A DNA stretch of 64,000 nucleotides from Vicugna vicugna (Eukaryota): the NCBI GenBank assembly GCA_013265495.1, contig MU058241.1, forward strand, positions 745,249 to 809,248. Reading direction: 5' to 3'. Shown here in pieces: positions 13,386 through 27,560 of the stretch. Below the pieces are notes generated by a model that was given only the letters and a program-made list of their open reading frames with translations, ran no database searches and was not told where the DNA came from. Position numbers and translations under genes: made by a program. Positions within the stretch are counted from its first letter, which is position 1. Each line of letters opens with the position of its first letter.

Positions 13386-14636
13386 TTTTTATGTTCCCAG
13401 TCACCAAAGAGCTCTTAGTTTAATAAGGAAGACAAAAATGATCACGGGAAAGTATGCTATGTGTTTTAATGGAGGTGGATTCAGTGTACCATGGGAATAC
13501 AGGCTAAGGGGCAATCATTCCTTCCTCCAAATATTGAGAACATCTTCGGTTGGTTGCCTCTGAGGAAAATGAACAATCTGTAGGACTAATTTGCCCCACT
13601 TAGTAAGACTTCATTAGCTAGCTCTGAAGGTGAGACAGACTTATCAATCACTTAAGAGTTTTCCTAAGTTATAAGGAAGAGAACACAGTGCTTGATCTAT
13701 AATTCAACTACCAGCAGTGCAAAGATTTTGTGTGAAATACACACACACACATACACGCATACTGTTCCTAATGAACGGCTGTGCCTATTTCACTATCCAG
13801 TGCACTGTCTCTGATAATAATGCCAGATCTGCATAATACAAAAGGCCTCATTAAGTGTTTCTTCAGCCCCACGTTCAGGAAATGGGAATTTACATAAGGC
13901 GCACACACCTCATCAAAGTTTCTCACTGCAAACTACTTTGTTTTAATACTCAATTAGCATTCACTGAGCACATTTCTCCAACTTCACTGGGCAGCGTGAG
14001 TTCCTTATCTTCCAGCTCCTTCCAAATACGCAGTTAGGCCTACCTTCTCTGATGAACCAGTTATGAGTATATGGTGGGACACTTCCCCTCTGTTTTGCTT
14101 TTCTGTCTGGCCGCTGCACTGCCCTGACTTGAGTCAACACCACGCTGCTTCAAGGACTGAGGAGAACCCACTGCAGCTCGTCAACAGCTCGTGGAGGGAC
14201 AGCAGCTTCTGTGCGAGAGAACAGCTAAGTCTCAGGCTCCTTCTGGAGTCTTCTGATGGAAAAGGGAGGTGGCAACCACCTCCTCAGGTGTGAAGCAGAA
14301 GCACAAGGTCCCCCAGACCCCCAGCCAGTTTCCTCATCCCCAGCCGTCTGACCGCCCCACACCTGCCCCAAAGCGATACAGGCACGCGCTATAGTCCCTC
14401 TGCCTGTCACAGGAATGGAAGGCTCTACGCAAACGTAAGCTACTGTGATTGCTGTCACTGTCACTGTTGTCCATCGCGGTCTGTTCACCTCTGCCAGAAT
14501 GCAGGGATCTGTGAGGAAGAGTTAGTCGTCACCAGGTTCTCCTCTGTGTTGAGAGGGGCCACTGAGAGAGGACAATTATTCCTTCTTTTTGGATAGAACT
14601 CACATTTCTGCTGGTTCAGCAAAGGGAATGAACACA

Positions 14637-15229
14637 CTTGTATCATTTTTCTTTCTTTAGATTCCACGTATGAGTGGTATCATACGTTATTTGTCTTTCT
14701 CTGGCTGACTGACTTCACTTCGTACAATAACCTCCAGGTCCATCCATGTTGCTGCAAGTGGCATTATTCTACTCTTTTTCCAAATTAGAGTTTCCTCCGG
14801 ATACATACCCAGGAGTGGCATTGCTGGATCACATGGTAAGTTTATTTTTAATTTTTTAAGGGACTTCCATACTGTTCTCCATGGTGGCTGCACCAATTTA
14901 CATTGAAACCAACAGTGTAGGAGGGTTCCCCTTTCTCCACACAAAGAAAACAAACTTTTGGTTACCAAAGGGGAAAGTAGGGGGCAGGGAGAGGGATAAA
15001 TTAGGAGCTCGGGATTAACAGATACAAACTACTGTATACAAAATAGATAAACAACAAAGACCTATGCAGAACACAGGGAACTATATTCAGTGTCTTGTAA
15101 TAATAACCTATAACGGAAAAGAATCTGAAAAAGAACACACACATATACACATATAACTGAATCACTTTGCTGTACACCTGAAAGTAACACAACACTTTAA
15201 ATCAACTATATTTAAAAAAAAAAATCCAA
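14637..15229 (+). mobile_element. 5'-inverted (twin-primed) L1
   Basis: 14637-14942 is antisense ORF2 C-terminus ([11 protein letters not shown]...[11 protein letters not shown]). 14943-15229 is sense 3'UTR plus A-tail. TSD aaagggaatgaacaca (14621-14636) / aaagagaatgaacaca (15230-15245). Confidence 0.9.
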
Positions 15230-16329
15230 AAAGAGAATGAACACAACCTGAATAAACTATCCTACAGAGACTTTCCTACAAAGAGCTTTGGAATTTTTAT
15301 GATTTTTAAAATCACGATGAACATTTTCTATTATCAAACAGTGACTGTCAAAAGTACACATGTCCCAGCACATTCATCCTCAGGAAGATGGTATGCCTGG
15401 CACCATTACCATGGACTTCTCTTGAGTGAGTGCTTTATGGACTATGAATGACTCTGAATGTGTTGAAATGAGAAACATTTTGATAAGCTGACACCAAAGC
15501 TATTTTGCTATTTGCCACATCTATCTCTGTTTCATAGTTCGTAACCACTTTTCAAATGTTATCATTTTAGACTACAGGGCTATGGTATAGCTGATTGTCT
15601 CTGAAAAAGTTTTAAAGGCTTTCTAACATCTGTTAAACCCGAAGCCAGTATTTATTTAATCAAAGAATAAGCCCTGAATGACCTTTTCCGTTAGGTTAAA
15701 TATTTACAGTCATGGTTTACTATTTCTTCCCTAAAAATTGTCTTTATTCACAATAAACAACGGAGAAGCACACAAAATGAAAAATAAATATGTATGTATT
15801 CTATGATAGTGAAACTTCACAAAAAACGTTAGCAAAGTGTAACTGTTTCCTCTTTTCAGCTAGGTAAACGTAAGGTAAAGACTAAACATGTAAATACAGC
15901 TTTTCCCTTGAAAACCTTAACACACTTTTCTTGTGCTGTGACACACAAAATAATTTTCCTATGAACAAGTGACTTAATGCTCACCTCTTCTGCAGTTCTG
16001 CATGATAATTTCTTACAACAAAACAGAAGGCTGCTCTGCATTTCTTTTCTTTCGCCTCATTATATTTACTTTCAGTTTATCCAATCAAGACATCTTCTAA
16101 GCCTTCTCGAGATTATCTAACAGGCCACCATCCAGAAAGCCAGTTACAGGGAGACAAAAGCCCCGACATTTTAGTTGACTACAAATCTGTTCTACGCTAA
16201 CAGTGTGATAAAATCTCAATGACTTTAAAGAGCAGCACGTTCAAAGAATAATTAAATTTCATACAGTGTCAAGTATGCTACCCGGGTTAGACGGCACGTA
16301 AATATTTCCAAACCACTGCCTCAGTTCAC

Positions 16330-16500
16330 AACAAAGAATGGCAAACACACAGCGCAGTCCCCCTCCGTGATCCTGGCAGACATTAATAATCACGATCCTG
16401 GCAGACACTAATAATCAACGGCAGCACTCTCTTCGCGAGAGCCTGAATCTACCAGTGCAGGTAGTCGTGGTAATTAACCAGCACTGGTCCGCCCTGTCAT
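16330..16500. mobile_element. hAT-type MER (MER102-like) relic with an internal 25-bp tandem duplication
   Basis: atggcaaa...ggcagacattaataatcacggcagcactct resembles the recalled MER102 consensus. gatcctggcagaca[t/c]taataatca occurs at 16369-16392 and 16394-16417. Confidence 0.4.
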
Positions 16501-17599
16501 ACAGACTTGGATGGCCTGTGCAGAGCGGAGCAAGTCAACAGGGAAATCAGGTTTTTGAAAAGAAAGACGGGAACTGGAAATGTTTAGCCAAGACCGACAA
16601 GACCCAACAGACCCTGCTTTCTCTTAGAACATCTGAAGAAGAAGGAAGCAGGAAGCACAAGGAGGAAGCAGATGCCCTGTGTGTTACACCTCTTCAAATG
16701 GAAACAAAGAACAGGTCGAGAATGTCATGGAGGATTCTAGCTCATAATAAGCAAGGAAATGCTAATTCATAAAACTAGTCGAAGCAGTGCTCTTACAACA
16801 CGTATGTACCGGACTCCTGGAACAATTCCAAAGAAGCTGAGGTATCAGTGCTCGAGAAGAACTTGGTAAAAGTGAACCAGACAGTCACTCAATGAACAAC
16901 CACAGGCTGGATTATGACCTTGAAACACTCTTACGTTGTCATGGAAATAACTGTTTTGTCACCATCTAGACCAGATTATGGCTCAGTAAATTCAAATATT
17001 TAAGCACAGTTTGATTTGCAGGTGTGATTTCCATATTCAGAGAAGACTGCGGACATCTCTTCTGTTGGAAGCTCTTTGGGTAAAACCTTGAACTAGATCT
17101 TTAGACCCCACACAGTCTATGAATTTATCTGCATCACTTGTAGGTACCACCAAATTGGAAACATTAATTGGAGAAAAAAGTATTTATCATCACAAAAGCC
17201 AGTGCGTTCTGTTAATAAATTAATAGGTGGAGACTGTCATTTTAGATTTATTTTTATCTCCATCTTGACATTTAAGAAACGGTAATAATTTACGTCAGCA
17301 AGTGCTTAAGAAATGCTGGGGACATCTCAAAAGTGTCCAGATGCCAGTTTGAAAGGATTCACTTTTAAAAAAGCAGTATTTGTGTTATCCATGAGTCCAT
17401 ATTGATGGTGAATAAAACCACAGAGGAGAATGGAGATCCCTTCTTTAGCCACTAATAAATGTTGAAGAAATGGACTTAGAACTGTCACCACTGTGCCGTC
17501 ACCACATCGGCATCCGTGGCAACTAGACGTCAAAGTGAGACTGATGAACAAGATGATACACACTCAATCTCAAAATAACTCCCCGAGTTCCTATCAATA

Positions 17600-18200
17600 C
17601 CACAAATTTCTTACCAACTGCCAAGGCAGAATTAGTAACTTCATGGGAGAAGACCGGGGAGACGTCACCTTAACAACTGATGAAGTGTAACCTGCACCAG
17701 TGAGACGAAGGGTCATCGTGTGTGTCTCCCGACACACCACCCTGGAGGGAACCCACTTAACATGGCGTTCTTGCCCAGAATGAATGAACCCAATCCAATC
17801 GTGAGACATCACCAGACAAACTCACGTTGAAATATATTCGACAGAAGAACTGGCCCTGCAATCTTCAGAAATATCAAGGTCATAAGACAAGAGACTGAGG
17901 GGCTGTTCCGGAGGGAAGGAAATCAAGTCACATGACAATGTGATGCAGCTCACGACTGTGGACTGGAGCCTGGAACAGGAAACACAGCTACACAGGGAAT
18001 TATAGAGACAGTGGGCTAAGTGTGAATGTGGCTGTGAATCAGACACAGCAGTACTGCACCAGTTCAGCGCCCTGAATTTCATACTTGTACTGGGTTCGCG
18101 CAGTCGCTACCCTTCGGAAATACGGACGCAACTCTTCAGTGCTACGTGGATGTGATACTTGCCACGTAGTTCCAGACAGTTCAGAAAATGATGCATGTAT
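17600..18200 (+). mobile_element. L1MC/L1MD-type 3' end relic
   Basis: ccagacaaactcacgttgaaatatattcgacagaagaactggccctgcaatcttcagaaatatcaaggtcataagacaagagactgagg matches the recalled L1MC4-like 3' consensus. Confidence 0.7.
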
Positions 18201-18627
18201 TTTATATCCAGGGGTGTGTGTGTGTGTGTGTGTGTTATGTGTGTGTGCACATGAAAAGACAGGAGAGAGGACATTAGACAGACAGGTGATACAGGCAGAC
18301 AGATGACAGACACACTAATAGACAGTTGACAGATTAGCAGCTAGAACAGAGCAAAGTAAATGTGGCGAACTTTTAACAGGACCTGAATCTGGGTAAATGT
18401 TCACTCTCAGTTTCTTCTATAATTAGACATTCTCTGTATACTTGAAAATAAATCAAAATAAACTGACTAACATAAAAGAGGAACAGGAATAAAAACTGAG
18501 ATAGATGAAAACTAAACACAAATAAAAACTAAATATAAATATAAACTAAATACATAACCCAGACATCTCTGGGCAATGGGTCAGCTGCTTTCAAGGTCAT
18601 TCTGACTGAAGCTCGTGCTGTGCTCAC

Positions 18628-18700
18628 TCTAGCGGTAGCTCCTGCTTTCCGATAACCTTGCACGGTCCTATTCGGCTATCCGCTGTACGAAAGTCAGGTT
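18628..18700 (-). other. Candidate exon, 73 nt, CpG-rich; open frame reads PDFRTADSRIGPCKVIGKQELPL
   Basis: Strong acceptor cttccttcctgcttcctag and donor AGA|gtgagc; one open frame. Protein not recognised. Confidence 0.3.
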
Positions 18701-20252
18701 CTAGGAAGCAGGAAGGAAGTACAGGAACTGAGGAGTAAACATTTAAGAGGAACAGACCAGAATACCTTGGAACACGAAATGTAGTGAAACGTGCCTCATC
18801 CAGAAACATGCCTAGTAATATTTAGGTTTCCCGAGCTGCCTGGGATTGTGCCATCGTGCCTGCATTATGTCTCGGATGCCTGAACTTCTCAATGGCAATT
18901 GCAAAAGCTCTGCAAAGCCCAAGGTCAAATGTAAAAGCTGGAAACGATCATGCTCTTCTGCATTCGTACTTCAATAATACGCATTTTAGAATGTGCTTAT
19001 TTATCTACGGTGAGCCGCGATACAAGGAGGTATCTGCTTCCTTCTGTGGCTACTCCGAATGTTACATAAAATGTTCACAGAAGCAGCATTAGCAAATGAA
19101 ACGGGAAGAAAATAACCAATGCACACTTTGCTTCCAGAGACAGAATCCAAGCATAATTATATGGGTACGACTTGCTCATACTGTTCACGGAGTTCAGTGT
19201 CATCAGTGATTTTCAGAAATGTATGCACATGACGTATGTGTTTGAGGAATTCAGGACAGAAATCTCTGGTGCCAATGAATCTTTCTGCTTCTGGGAAAAC
19301 TGCATTTTCTAATCCCTTTGTCTGAGGGGAAGGCACAGAGACAGAAGAAGGACCAGAGGCAGAAAACAGGACTGAATAAAAGCAATGATGACCGAGTTTC
19401 ATATCTCTGTTCAGGATGTGTCTTAATAATATTTTGAGTAGTTCTACCCACTCGAAGAAAAGACAAGATGGTGATGAATGACCACGATACCGAAACCTGG
19501 TTTCTTCCCTCTATTCTGGAAGGAGTGTAGGGTCTTTCTGACCCTGAACCCTGCATCCTAGATGGAGAAAGAGCAGAAGACGTGTGGCCAAGAGGATTCC
19601 AGCGGAAGCGCCATGGCCCCGCGCATCGCAGGCTTTTGCAATCCCGGCACTGTTGAGCCCCCTGGAGACTGGGAAGGGCAACACGGAGGGTCTTCGTGAC
19701 GGCAGCTCCCATGAAAGGGGAGAGGGTGGGAGGGAGCGGAAGAGCCGCCTCCAGGGAGAGACAGAGGGACACCCCGGGGTTCAGAATTCCTCAGGTGGGG
19801 GAACGGTTCCTCCTGCAACCAGCAAGTTACTGGTGGTCTGCGGAACCCAAGTGACACAGGGCTGGAAGGAAAGCCTTGTTCCTGGAGAACAGAACAGGTG
19901 TTACTCACGAAAGCGTGTGGTATTGACATGAAGATGGCAGATCCAACAGGAAGTCAGTCTCCACCAACACCGGCTGCGTCTCTTCTCTGAGTCTGCAAGC
20001 TGCCCACGTAACAACCTGACTTCCAAAGCAAGACATCCTCCCACCTAGCCTTACTCCCTAGATCCCTGCCCCAAACCCCTGCTCCTTTCTGTGAGCTGGG
20101 GCCCAATTTTCAAAAGTAACAGGTCATGGAATAAGTTTTTTTTTTTTAAAACTTGTGAACCTAATTTGCCCACGGAGGCCTCACCTCACTCATGCTGTGT
20201 GCTCTCCCACTAAATTCGTTATCTTCCAAATCTATGCCATTTAAAGTGAACA

Positions 20253-20810
20253 TCACAGGACCCAGCAATCCCATCCCTGGGGCATCCATCCAGAGAATAC
20301 TCTAATTTGAAAAGACAGACGCACCCCAGTGTTCACAGCAGCACTATTTACAACAGCCAAGACATGGAAACAGCCTAAATGTCCATCAACAGATGACTGG
20401 ATAAATAAGAGGCGGTGTATGTATACAATGGAATACTATTCAGTTATAAAAAAAAGGAATGAAATCTGCCATCTGCAGCAACATGGATAGACCTGGAGGG
20501 CATTATGCGAAGTGAAAGAAGTCAGGCAGAGAAAGACAAAGATGACATGGTATCACTTACACACGGAATCTAAAAAATACAACAAACTAGTCAGTATGAC
20601 AAAGAAGCAGACTCACAGATACAGAGAACAGACTAGTGGTTCCCAGTGGGGGGGGGTGCAGAGGGGCAGCATGCGGGTGGGGGAGGACGAGGCACAAAGG
20701 ACTGAGTGGTGGAGAGGCTCAAGGAGGGACCGGCAACACAGGGAACGGAGCCAATGCAGTAGAATCACTGTAAGTGGAGAGAAACTTCCAATAATTGTAT
20801 AAAATTTTTT
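20253..20810 (+). mobile_element. L1 3' fragment
   Basis: ORF2 C-terminal (TWKQPKCPS) and 3'UTR sequence; TSD aaagtgaaca (20243-20252) / aaaatgaaca (20811-20820). Confidence 0.9.
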
Positions 20811-21396
20811 AAAATGAACAGAAGAACCGTAACTTAGAAGCTAAATTCCCAGCTGAGGTGGACTGAACAGTAACTGTGTTTCCCATGAAGACCTGCAGTG
20901 ACAGTGCTCAGCTGTTTTCCATAACATCACTGAAAACTTGAGACACTACCCCTGAGGTCCTCTGCGCTTCCTAAACCACCACGAACTTCTCCCTCTAGAA
21001 CACGGACAGCGCTAAGACGGAAAAATGGAGAAGCGCATATTTAATTCTTTGTTTAATTGTACACATTTTGGTAGAAGATCTGACTGGGTTTTATTCTTCA
21101 GACAAATTGTACAACGCCAGAAACGTGACTCCTTAGATGAGCAGTGTACATCCCCTGATGGATAAAGAACTACAAACCTCACGTGGAGGTGTTGTATTCC
21201 TAAGCCTGCAACTTTCACCGGTGATTCCGTTTCCTCACACGCCTCGGGAGGAAGCACCCCTAGGAGACGGTGGGGAGTGGGGACAGCGAAGTGATTTTCC
21301 ATACGTCCCCCAATGCAACAGCAATCACGAAAAACACTCAAAGCGCAGCACCCCCCAAGGCCTGCCAACAACACGGCGCACTTGGTATCGCCTTAC

Positions 21397-21454
21397 ATAA
21401 GTGATGGGAGAAGTAAGATTTGTGTTCCTGTCTTTGGAGTCAGGAGCCATAAAT
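21397..21454 (-). other. Candidate exon, 58 nt
   Basis: Acceptor cttttaacctgcttcag and donor TAT|gtaagg; two open frames. Not recognised. Confidence 0.2.
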
Positions 21455-23050
21455 CTGAAGCAGGTTAAAAGTGGAGACTTCACGAGAGGCTGGCGTTGCC
21501 CTGGTCTGTTTGCTGCATCAGACATCTGTGTGCAATCGCTCGCCAAGATAGTCGAGGGGTGTTACAAGTCACACGATACCAGTTTGCTCCAGGATAACTC
21601 AGTGAAACAACACTGCTCCTCCTGCCCGCTCCAGCCCCATGGTAAACAGTCTGCAGGCTTGTCAGCGTGAATTCAACCACGCATGTAATTCTCCTTTCCA
21701 TTTCAGCAAGATCTCTGTTTTCTATCACTCACAACTTTGGTTAAAAAAAGTCTTTGGGCGAAGAAAACCCCATTGATTGCCAATGTTTATGTTATTAATG
21801 TAAATTATATCAGTTTACCAGTTTGGGGATTATAAGAACATCTAGAAAACACTATAGTTTTTAAAAACTGAATCTTCCCCTTCAGCACCAATTCAAAAAC
21901 GGGAGTAAAAAGAGATTTCATAGGAGATTTGGGAGGTGACATCTACATAAGAAAATCTTAATCAAAGAGACTGGAAAAGAAGAATAAACAGAAAACAAAA
22001 TTTTGATTTGCCGAATCAACACTTCGAAATGTTTCAAGAGACACACTCAGGGCTTCTATAAAACTCTGGTGACATTTTGTCCCAGATAAATCCCTTATCT
22101 TTTTCACTTCAGATAAAGTTATAAAAATCTAAGTATTCCCACTAAGCACAATTTCTTGATTCAACCTCTACAGCAGTAAGTGTACACGAAAATATCTGTC
22201 AGTTGCTTAATTACTTTCTGGATGATCAATGTCCAAAAGCATCTCGTTGAGATTTGCACTCTTATTTCAGTCCATATGAACGGACCGTACTTTAATTTTC
22301 TGGAAACAGTCTCTGGTGCACGTTTTCTTCTTGGTACTTGTTTATTTTCTGCAGATCCTCACCGCTAAAATCAGCTTCTGCCTGAAGCTTACTGCCCCAG
22401 GAACGGACGAGCACAAAAGAAAGATCAGAGGTGCCTTCACGGCGTTGAGGAGCAAAGTAGAACTCTCAGTTCACAGCAGAAATAAAGATCTTGAAAGCAA
22501 AGGGTTTCTTCCAGGAGACTGGTGCTTGACAAAGTTTTTTTTTTTTTAATTCCAAATTTTGCATTGGAATATCAAGTGGTGAATCCTGGAGAACTCACAA
22601 CACTAAGGTTATGCCATTAACCCTGGAGTGAGGGAAACAGACAGGGAGCGAAGCATCTCCCCAGGCGGGGGGAGAGGAGAGTCCGACAGAACAGAACAGA
22701 GGAAGGGACGTCCTGTCCTGCACCACATCCCCAGTAGCCCCGCTGTGGCCGTGGGGAGGCGTGCCAGCCGCAGGAAGCCCATGACCGTCCACGTGCACTC
22801 AGGCACCTTCCTCCCCTGAAGCTCTTACTAAAAGAGCAGTCTCGTCCCGCCAAAGGAGAGGTACAGACAATTTTCTGATTCTCTGGGGACCCCAGTGACT
22901 TGGGGAGTCTTCAGAACAAGAGAGGTACATGGGGGCTACTGGGGCCAAGATGAACTCACAATTCAGCAGAAATCAACAGCTAACTTCCTGGACAGAGACC
23001 TCCCCGAAGGAAAAGAGACAAGACAGAAAATGCATTGGCACATTCACCTC

Positions 23051-23118
23051 CAGGAAGCCACAGCCTTTGGACAGGCTGAGGGGACAGGAAGCCACAGCCT
23101 TTGGACAGGCCGAGGGGA
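23051..23118. repeat. 34-bp tandem duplication (2 copies, 1 mismatch)
   Basis: caggaagccacagcctttggacaggc[t/c]gagggga at 23051-23084 and 23085-23118. Confidence 0.95.
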
Positions 23119-24176
23119 GGTTTGAGAGCTCAGCTGTAGCGCGACACAGAGAGAAAAAAGGAACATGAGTGGGTGCTTGAATCTTTGATTCCACTTTTTA
23201 ACTTGCTACAAATGATATAAAGAATAAACCGATTCACCTCCCCCAAACTAAGTATCAGAGCAAAGCTAGGATTCAACGTAATTACACAGCGAATAACACG
23301 CAGCAGGTGTTCAGTAGGCTGTGGCTCATACTGTGATTGCTATCATTCTGGCTGTTACGAAAAACAAGCCTCTGATGTCGGTGATTCACTGTGATCACTG
23401 TATCCGGATTTCACGAGATGAGCGTAAACTGTGCACAACACATTTCTCCATTAGCACAGAGCCATCCTTATGCTAGAATAAAACAAACACCAGAACGTTC
23501 CAAACCATCTGCAGGAGTAATGTTAACCTGAGATGGACCACTTTGTGAGGGCAGCTGTCAAGATTACGACAGTGCAAAGGAAACCCTTCCACGTTGCCTA
23601 GGACGCGTCAAATTAAGCAATGCCCCCCTCTCCCAGTTAAACAACCACTTCGAGACAAACTTGTGTAAGGGAATAGGATTTGGGATGAAAGCCAGTTAAT
23701 GTCATGGATCTCATGATAGTGACCTTATCTAACTGTGTGTTGCAAATTGAAAAAGTGATGATTCCAGGGGAAGTCAGCAGGACCCAGTGCAGAGATGGCT
23801 TAAAGAAAAGGAATCAGACACTGTGGTCTAGACCGCTTGTACCAAGTGTGGCCCCTGGACCGGCGCATCAACACGCCCCGGGAGACGGCGAGACATGCAG
23901 GACCAAGGCCCAGACCCAGTCCTGCTGGGTCAGCACCTGCCTCGTAACACAAGCCCTGCAGCCTACGGGCACGATGACTGTGGACAAGTGCTGGCCCAGA
24001 TCATCCTCCACGTTAACATTCTACCGTTTCCACCACACAGAAGTGGGAGAAGTCATTTTCAGTGCCTTTTAATAAAGCTTATTTTTATGTAATGACTAGG
24101 TCAATTATATAATATACAGCGGCACAGATGGACACATCTTGAGAAACGAGTACACAAACTCCTGCGAAAACTTGTG

Positions 24177-24304
24177 GTTTTTTTTTTGGGGGGGAGGTAA
24201 TTAGGTTTACTTGTTCATTTATTTTTAGAGGAGGTACTGGGGATTGAACCCAGGACCTTGTATATGCTAAGCATACACTCTACTACTTGAACTACACCCT
24301 CCCC
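24177..24304 (-). mobile_element. tRNA-derived SINE (camelid Vic-1-like), full length
   Basis: Reverse complement ggggagggtgtagttcaagtagtagag...gggttcaatcccc (A and B boxes) plus tail; TSD gaaaact[t/c]gtg at 24166-24176 and 24305-24315. Confidence 0.9.
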
Positions 24305-25679
24305 GAAAACTCGTGAGAACATCGAGTAAAAGTAAAATTTATACTCCATAAATGTTCTTTTGCTTGAAATCCTGATGTTGCTTTCAGAAATCGGTAATAT
24401 TAAGGCCACTGCTCTGAGAAAAAAATACCTGTGCTCTTTTTCTGTGGTGTCACCTTTTTACATATTTATGTGCCGTAGACGTCCCTTGGTCTCCAAGCCT
24501 AGACGCTAATGAGTTATAATCACTCCCGAAAAGCTACTTTCAGTGTAGGCATTAACTTTCAGTGTAGGAGGATTAACATAGTTTGCAGATAAAGAATTCC
24601 AGCACTCAAGACACATGTTCCTTTTAACTTATCTAATGAGAATCACTGATTCGTTACAGTCACCCTGGCCTGCCTACCGGTGATCAGTCTAACACATCAT
24701 CTGCTAAGATGCTTGGAGAACCCACATCGATGATCATATTGCACGAGCACCACTGTACGCATGCTTCCTCACCCAGCAGGGAATCTGTCTTCTTTATTCC
24801 TCCAAAGCATTCATCACTGCCTGGCACCCGGTGGAAGCTCAATTAATGTCATTAAATCACTGAGGAAGGGTTGCAGCCAACTGTATGTGTTTTTCTGTCT
24901 GTGTGATAGTTTGTGAACAGCCCGCAGTTGGTCACTTTGCACCAAGTGCTTACAAACATGAAGCTTTCCAAGCCAGTTCAGCTAGTCAGCCTTTGCTGTC
25001 ACGTTTATGACTTTTATGCACTGGTCCTTGAGTTCCGTTCAATACAGTAATGAGTAGTGCACTATCTCTCAGGAATTCCAACGCCGGTGGTACCTGCTGG
25101 CTGAGGGGCTGGTGGTGGTTCTAACCTGTGGGGAGGAGCACTGATGACCTGCTGCCTACTGTGGACTGTCAGGGAGGCTGCCTGGAGCCCAAGATGTGGA
25201 GGTCCCTGCCCGTGCCCAGGCTGCACTGCTGGCTGCAGCCCACACACTTTGGAAGCAATTACCAACCAGCGGTTTCCTTATAACTCTAAGCTCACTGCAA
25301 AGTCAACCTGGAACAAACCACCTTCCGCTCTGCATCCAGAGTAATACATTTCTGGGCAATTTGGCATTGTACGTGGTATTTTAAGCAGTAATAGTGTTTT
25401 CAAATGCACTTTCTTTTCCTAGAAGAAATACACAATTTCTGTTTTCTAAGGATTTTGTTATTGCTTCATAATCAACCAGTTTCTACTTTTTTTTTCTAAT
25501 CCCGTCTTTCAAAATTTAATTTTTTTTATAGTTTTATCTTTCCCCCTTGATAATTTGGAAGCTTGTAATATGGCAAAGACAAGAGCAATAAAACCAAGAC
25601 AACAATTTTCTTATAATCTGGAATTCATTTGTGAGAGTTCAAATAAATTTCACCAAAAATATCTGTGTTTTCTATAAAA

Positions 25680-26160
25680 TAGCATTGTTTACAACTGTCA
25701 AGATATGGAAGCAAACTAAGCGTCCATCAAGAGATGAATGGATAAAGAAGATGTGAGATGCAGACACACACACACACACACAGTGGAATATTACTCAGCC
25801 ATACAAAAGAATGAAATCTAGCTATTTGCAGTAACATGGATGGACTTGGAGGGCATTACGCCAAGTCAGACAGAAAGACAAATGGTGTGTGGTATCACTT
25901 ATATGCGGAATCTCAAAAATACAACTAACAAATATAACAAAACAGAAGCAGACTCACAGATACAGAGAACAAACCAGTGGTGACCAGCGGGGAAGGGGGA
26001 GGGGCAGTAATGGGGTGAGGGAGGGGGAGGTACAAAAATGTAAGAGAGGCTCAGAGATGGACTGTAAAACACGGGGAACAGAGCCAGTGTTTTGTCATAA
26101 CTGTGAATGGAAAGTAACCTTTAAAACTGTATAAAATGTTTCAAAAATTAAAAAAAAAAC
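25680..26160 (+). mobile_element. L1 3' fragment with internal (CA)n
   Basis: agatatggaagcaaactaagcgtccatc, SLICGI-like terminal codons, 3'UTR and A-tail. Confidence 0.88.
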
Positions 26161-26899
26161 CCTAAATGGCAGCACCATTTTACTTTTAAAGAAATGAACC
26201 AAACCACTAGACCCAATGCACACGGCCGCTTAGCACAACACAGGCCCGCCCTCCCCTCCAATTCCTGGACACTCGGTGGAGACAAAATAAAGACTGTGTG
26301 TTCCTTGATTATCCCTGCTGAACGTGGTTCCCGAAAGTTAAAATTGCCATCAACACGTGAAGCTCTTCGTTGAAATTTTGGCAATAAAAATAACACCTAT
26401 CCAATTATTTAATCCTATTATTTATAGGAGTATGTCCATAGGATGAAAAAAAACAATCAGCTGGTTCTAGCCCAATTTGTTGCTTCCCCAGTTAAATGAA
26501 GGGCAAAAAAAAAAAAACATCCTAGGCAGTCCTTGCACTAACTCACAGGCATTTCTGCAGAACCAGATAAATGAGTCAAACTTTGGACCAACGGGTTTTG
26601 GAGGAATGTCCAGAAATAGCCGTGGCTTCCAGGGCCATCGAAACAGCGAGACCTACGCGGCGCTTACTGGCACCCCAATGCCAAGCACACAGAGTTAATT
26701 AAGGAGGCACTGATGTCTCTGGGGTCACCTACCCTTGGAACACCCTTTGTTTACTGTGATGAATTAGCCAGTTAAGCTCCTAACCACTTTCCTTCTTCAA
26801 AACTAGTCAAGTCCACTTCAGACACATGGTGTCTGTCCATCAGCCCCCCCAAAGTACACACAGAGTACAAACTCTCAGGGGAAAACTGGAGTCTATCTT

Positions 26900-27560
26900 G
26901 CTGACGTGAACTTGAGAAGGCGTTAGCAGATCGAGATGCCAATTTTGAGGATGCAGAAATCAATCTGGATCACCCTCTTTAACTGTTCTGTATTCCTTTT
27001 TTCTTTCTGTGAATTAAGACACACAGGCTCACCCCATGGGCACTGCGCTCACCAGAAGGCAGTGAAACGGCATCTAGAAAGTGCAGAAAAGGAAAGAAAA
27101 CAGAAACAACCAGCCACCTGCCAGTCTATCATGTTTCACACAGTGAGAATTCCTCGGCTTTCGCAGGAGACCTGCACGTTAAGAAACAGCAAACGCAATT
27201 TCTCAGGCACAGTGGAAATGGTCCCAGACGGAAAATGGAATTTCTACAGACTGAAGGGTGACAGGATGGTAAATACGTGGGCAAACAGAAAAGCGTTTCA
27301 GCTCCTTGTTTTAAAACTTCTTTAAAGATATCTAACACTTTAGAGGAAAATATAATAATATATTTTGGGTTTAACATATACGTTGAAGTGAAACATGCCC
27401 CCAAAACAGCACCAAAGACAGGGTGGGTAGGACCTTCTTGCATGGTACGGACAAGGCGTAAATTATGATTTGAAGGTATTAAAGATGAATTATAAACCAT
27501 TACAAAATTTTTGGTAAACAATTAAAAAAGACGTATATCTCATAATCCAACGGCAGAGAT
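26900..27560 (+). mobile_element. Ancient L1M ORF1 / inter-ORF relic
   Basis: ggaaatggtcccagacggaaaatggaatt...ggtaaatacgtgggcaaa resembles the end of old L1M ORF1. Highly degenerate. Confidence 0.45.

Noticed and set aside
16369..23118. Short direct repeats (25 bp at 16369, 34 bp at 23051) as a CRISPR-like or other array
   Set aside because: Only two adjacent copies each with no spacers; ordinary slippage duplications in mammalian DNA.
24230..24304. tRNA gene (also at 1-98, 29610-29682 and 53010-53082)
   Set aside because: The tRNA-like heads are followed by the SINE tail and, where visible, flanked by TSDs, and are diverged; these are SINEs, not tRNA genes.
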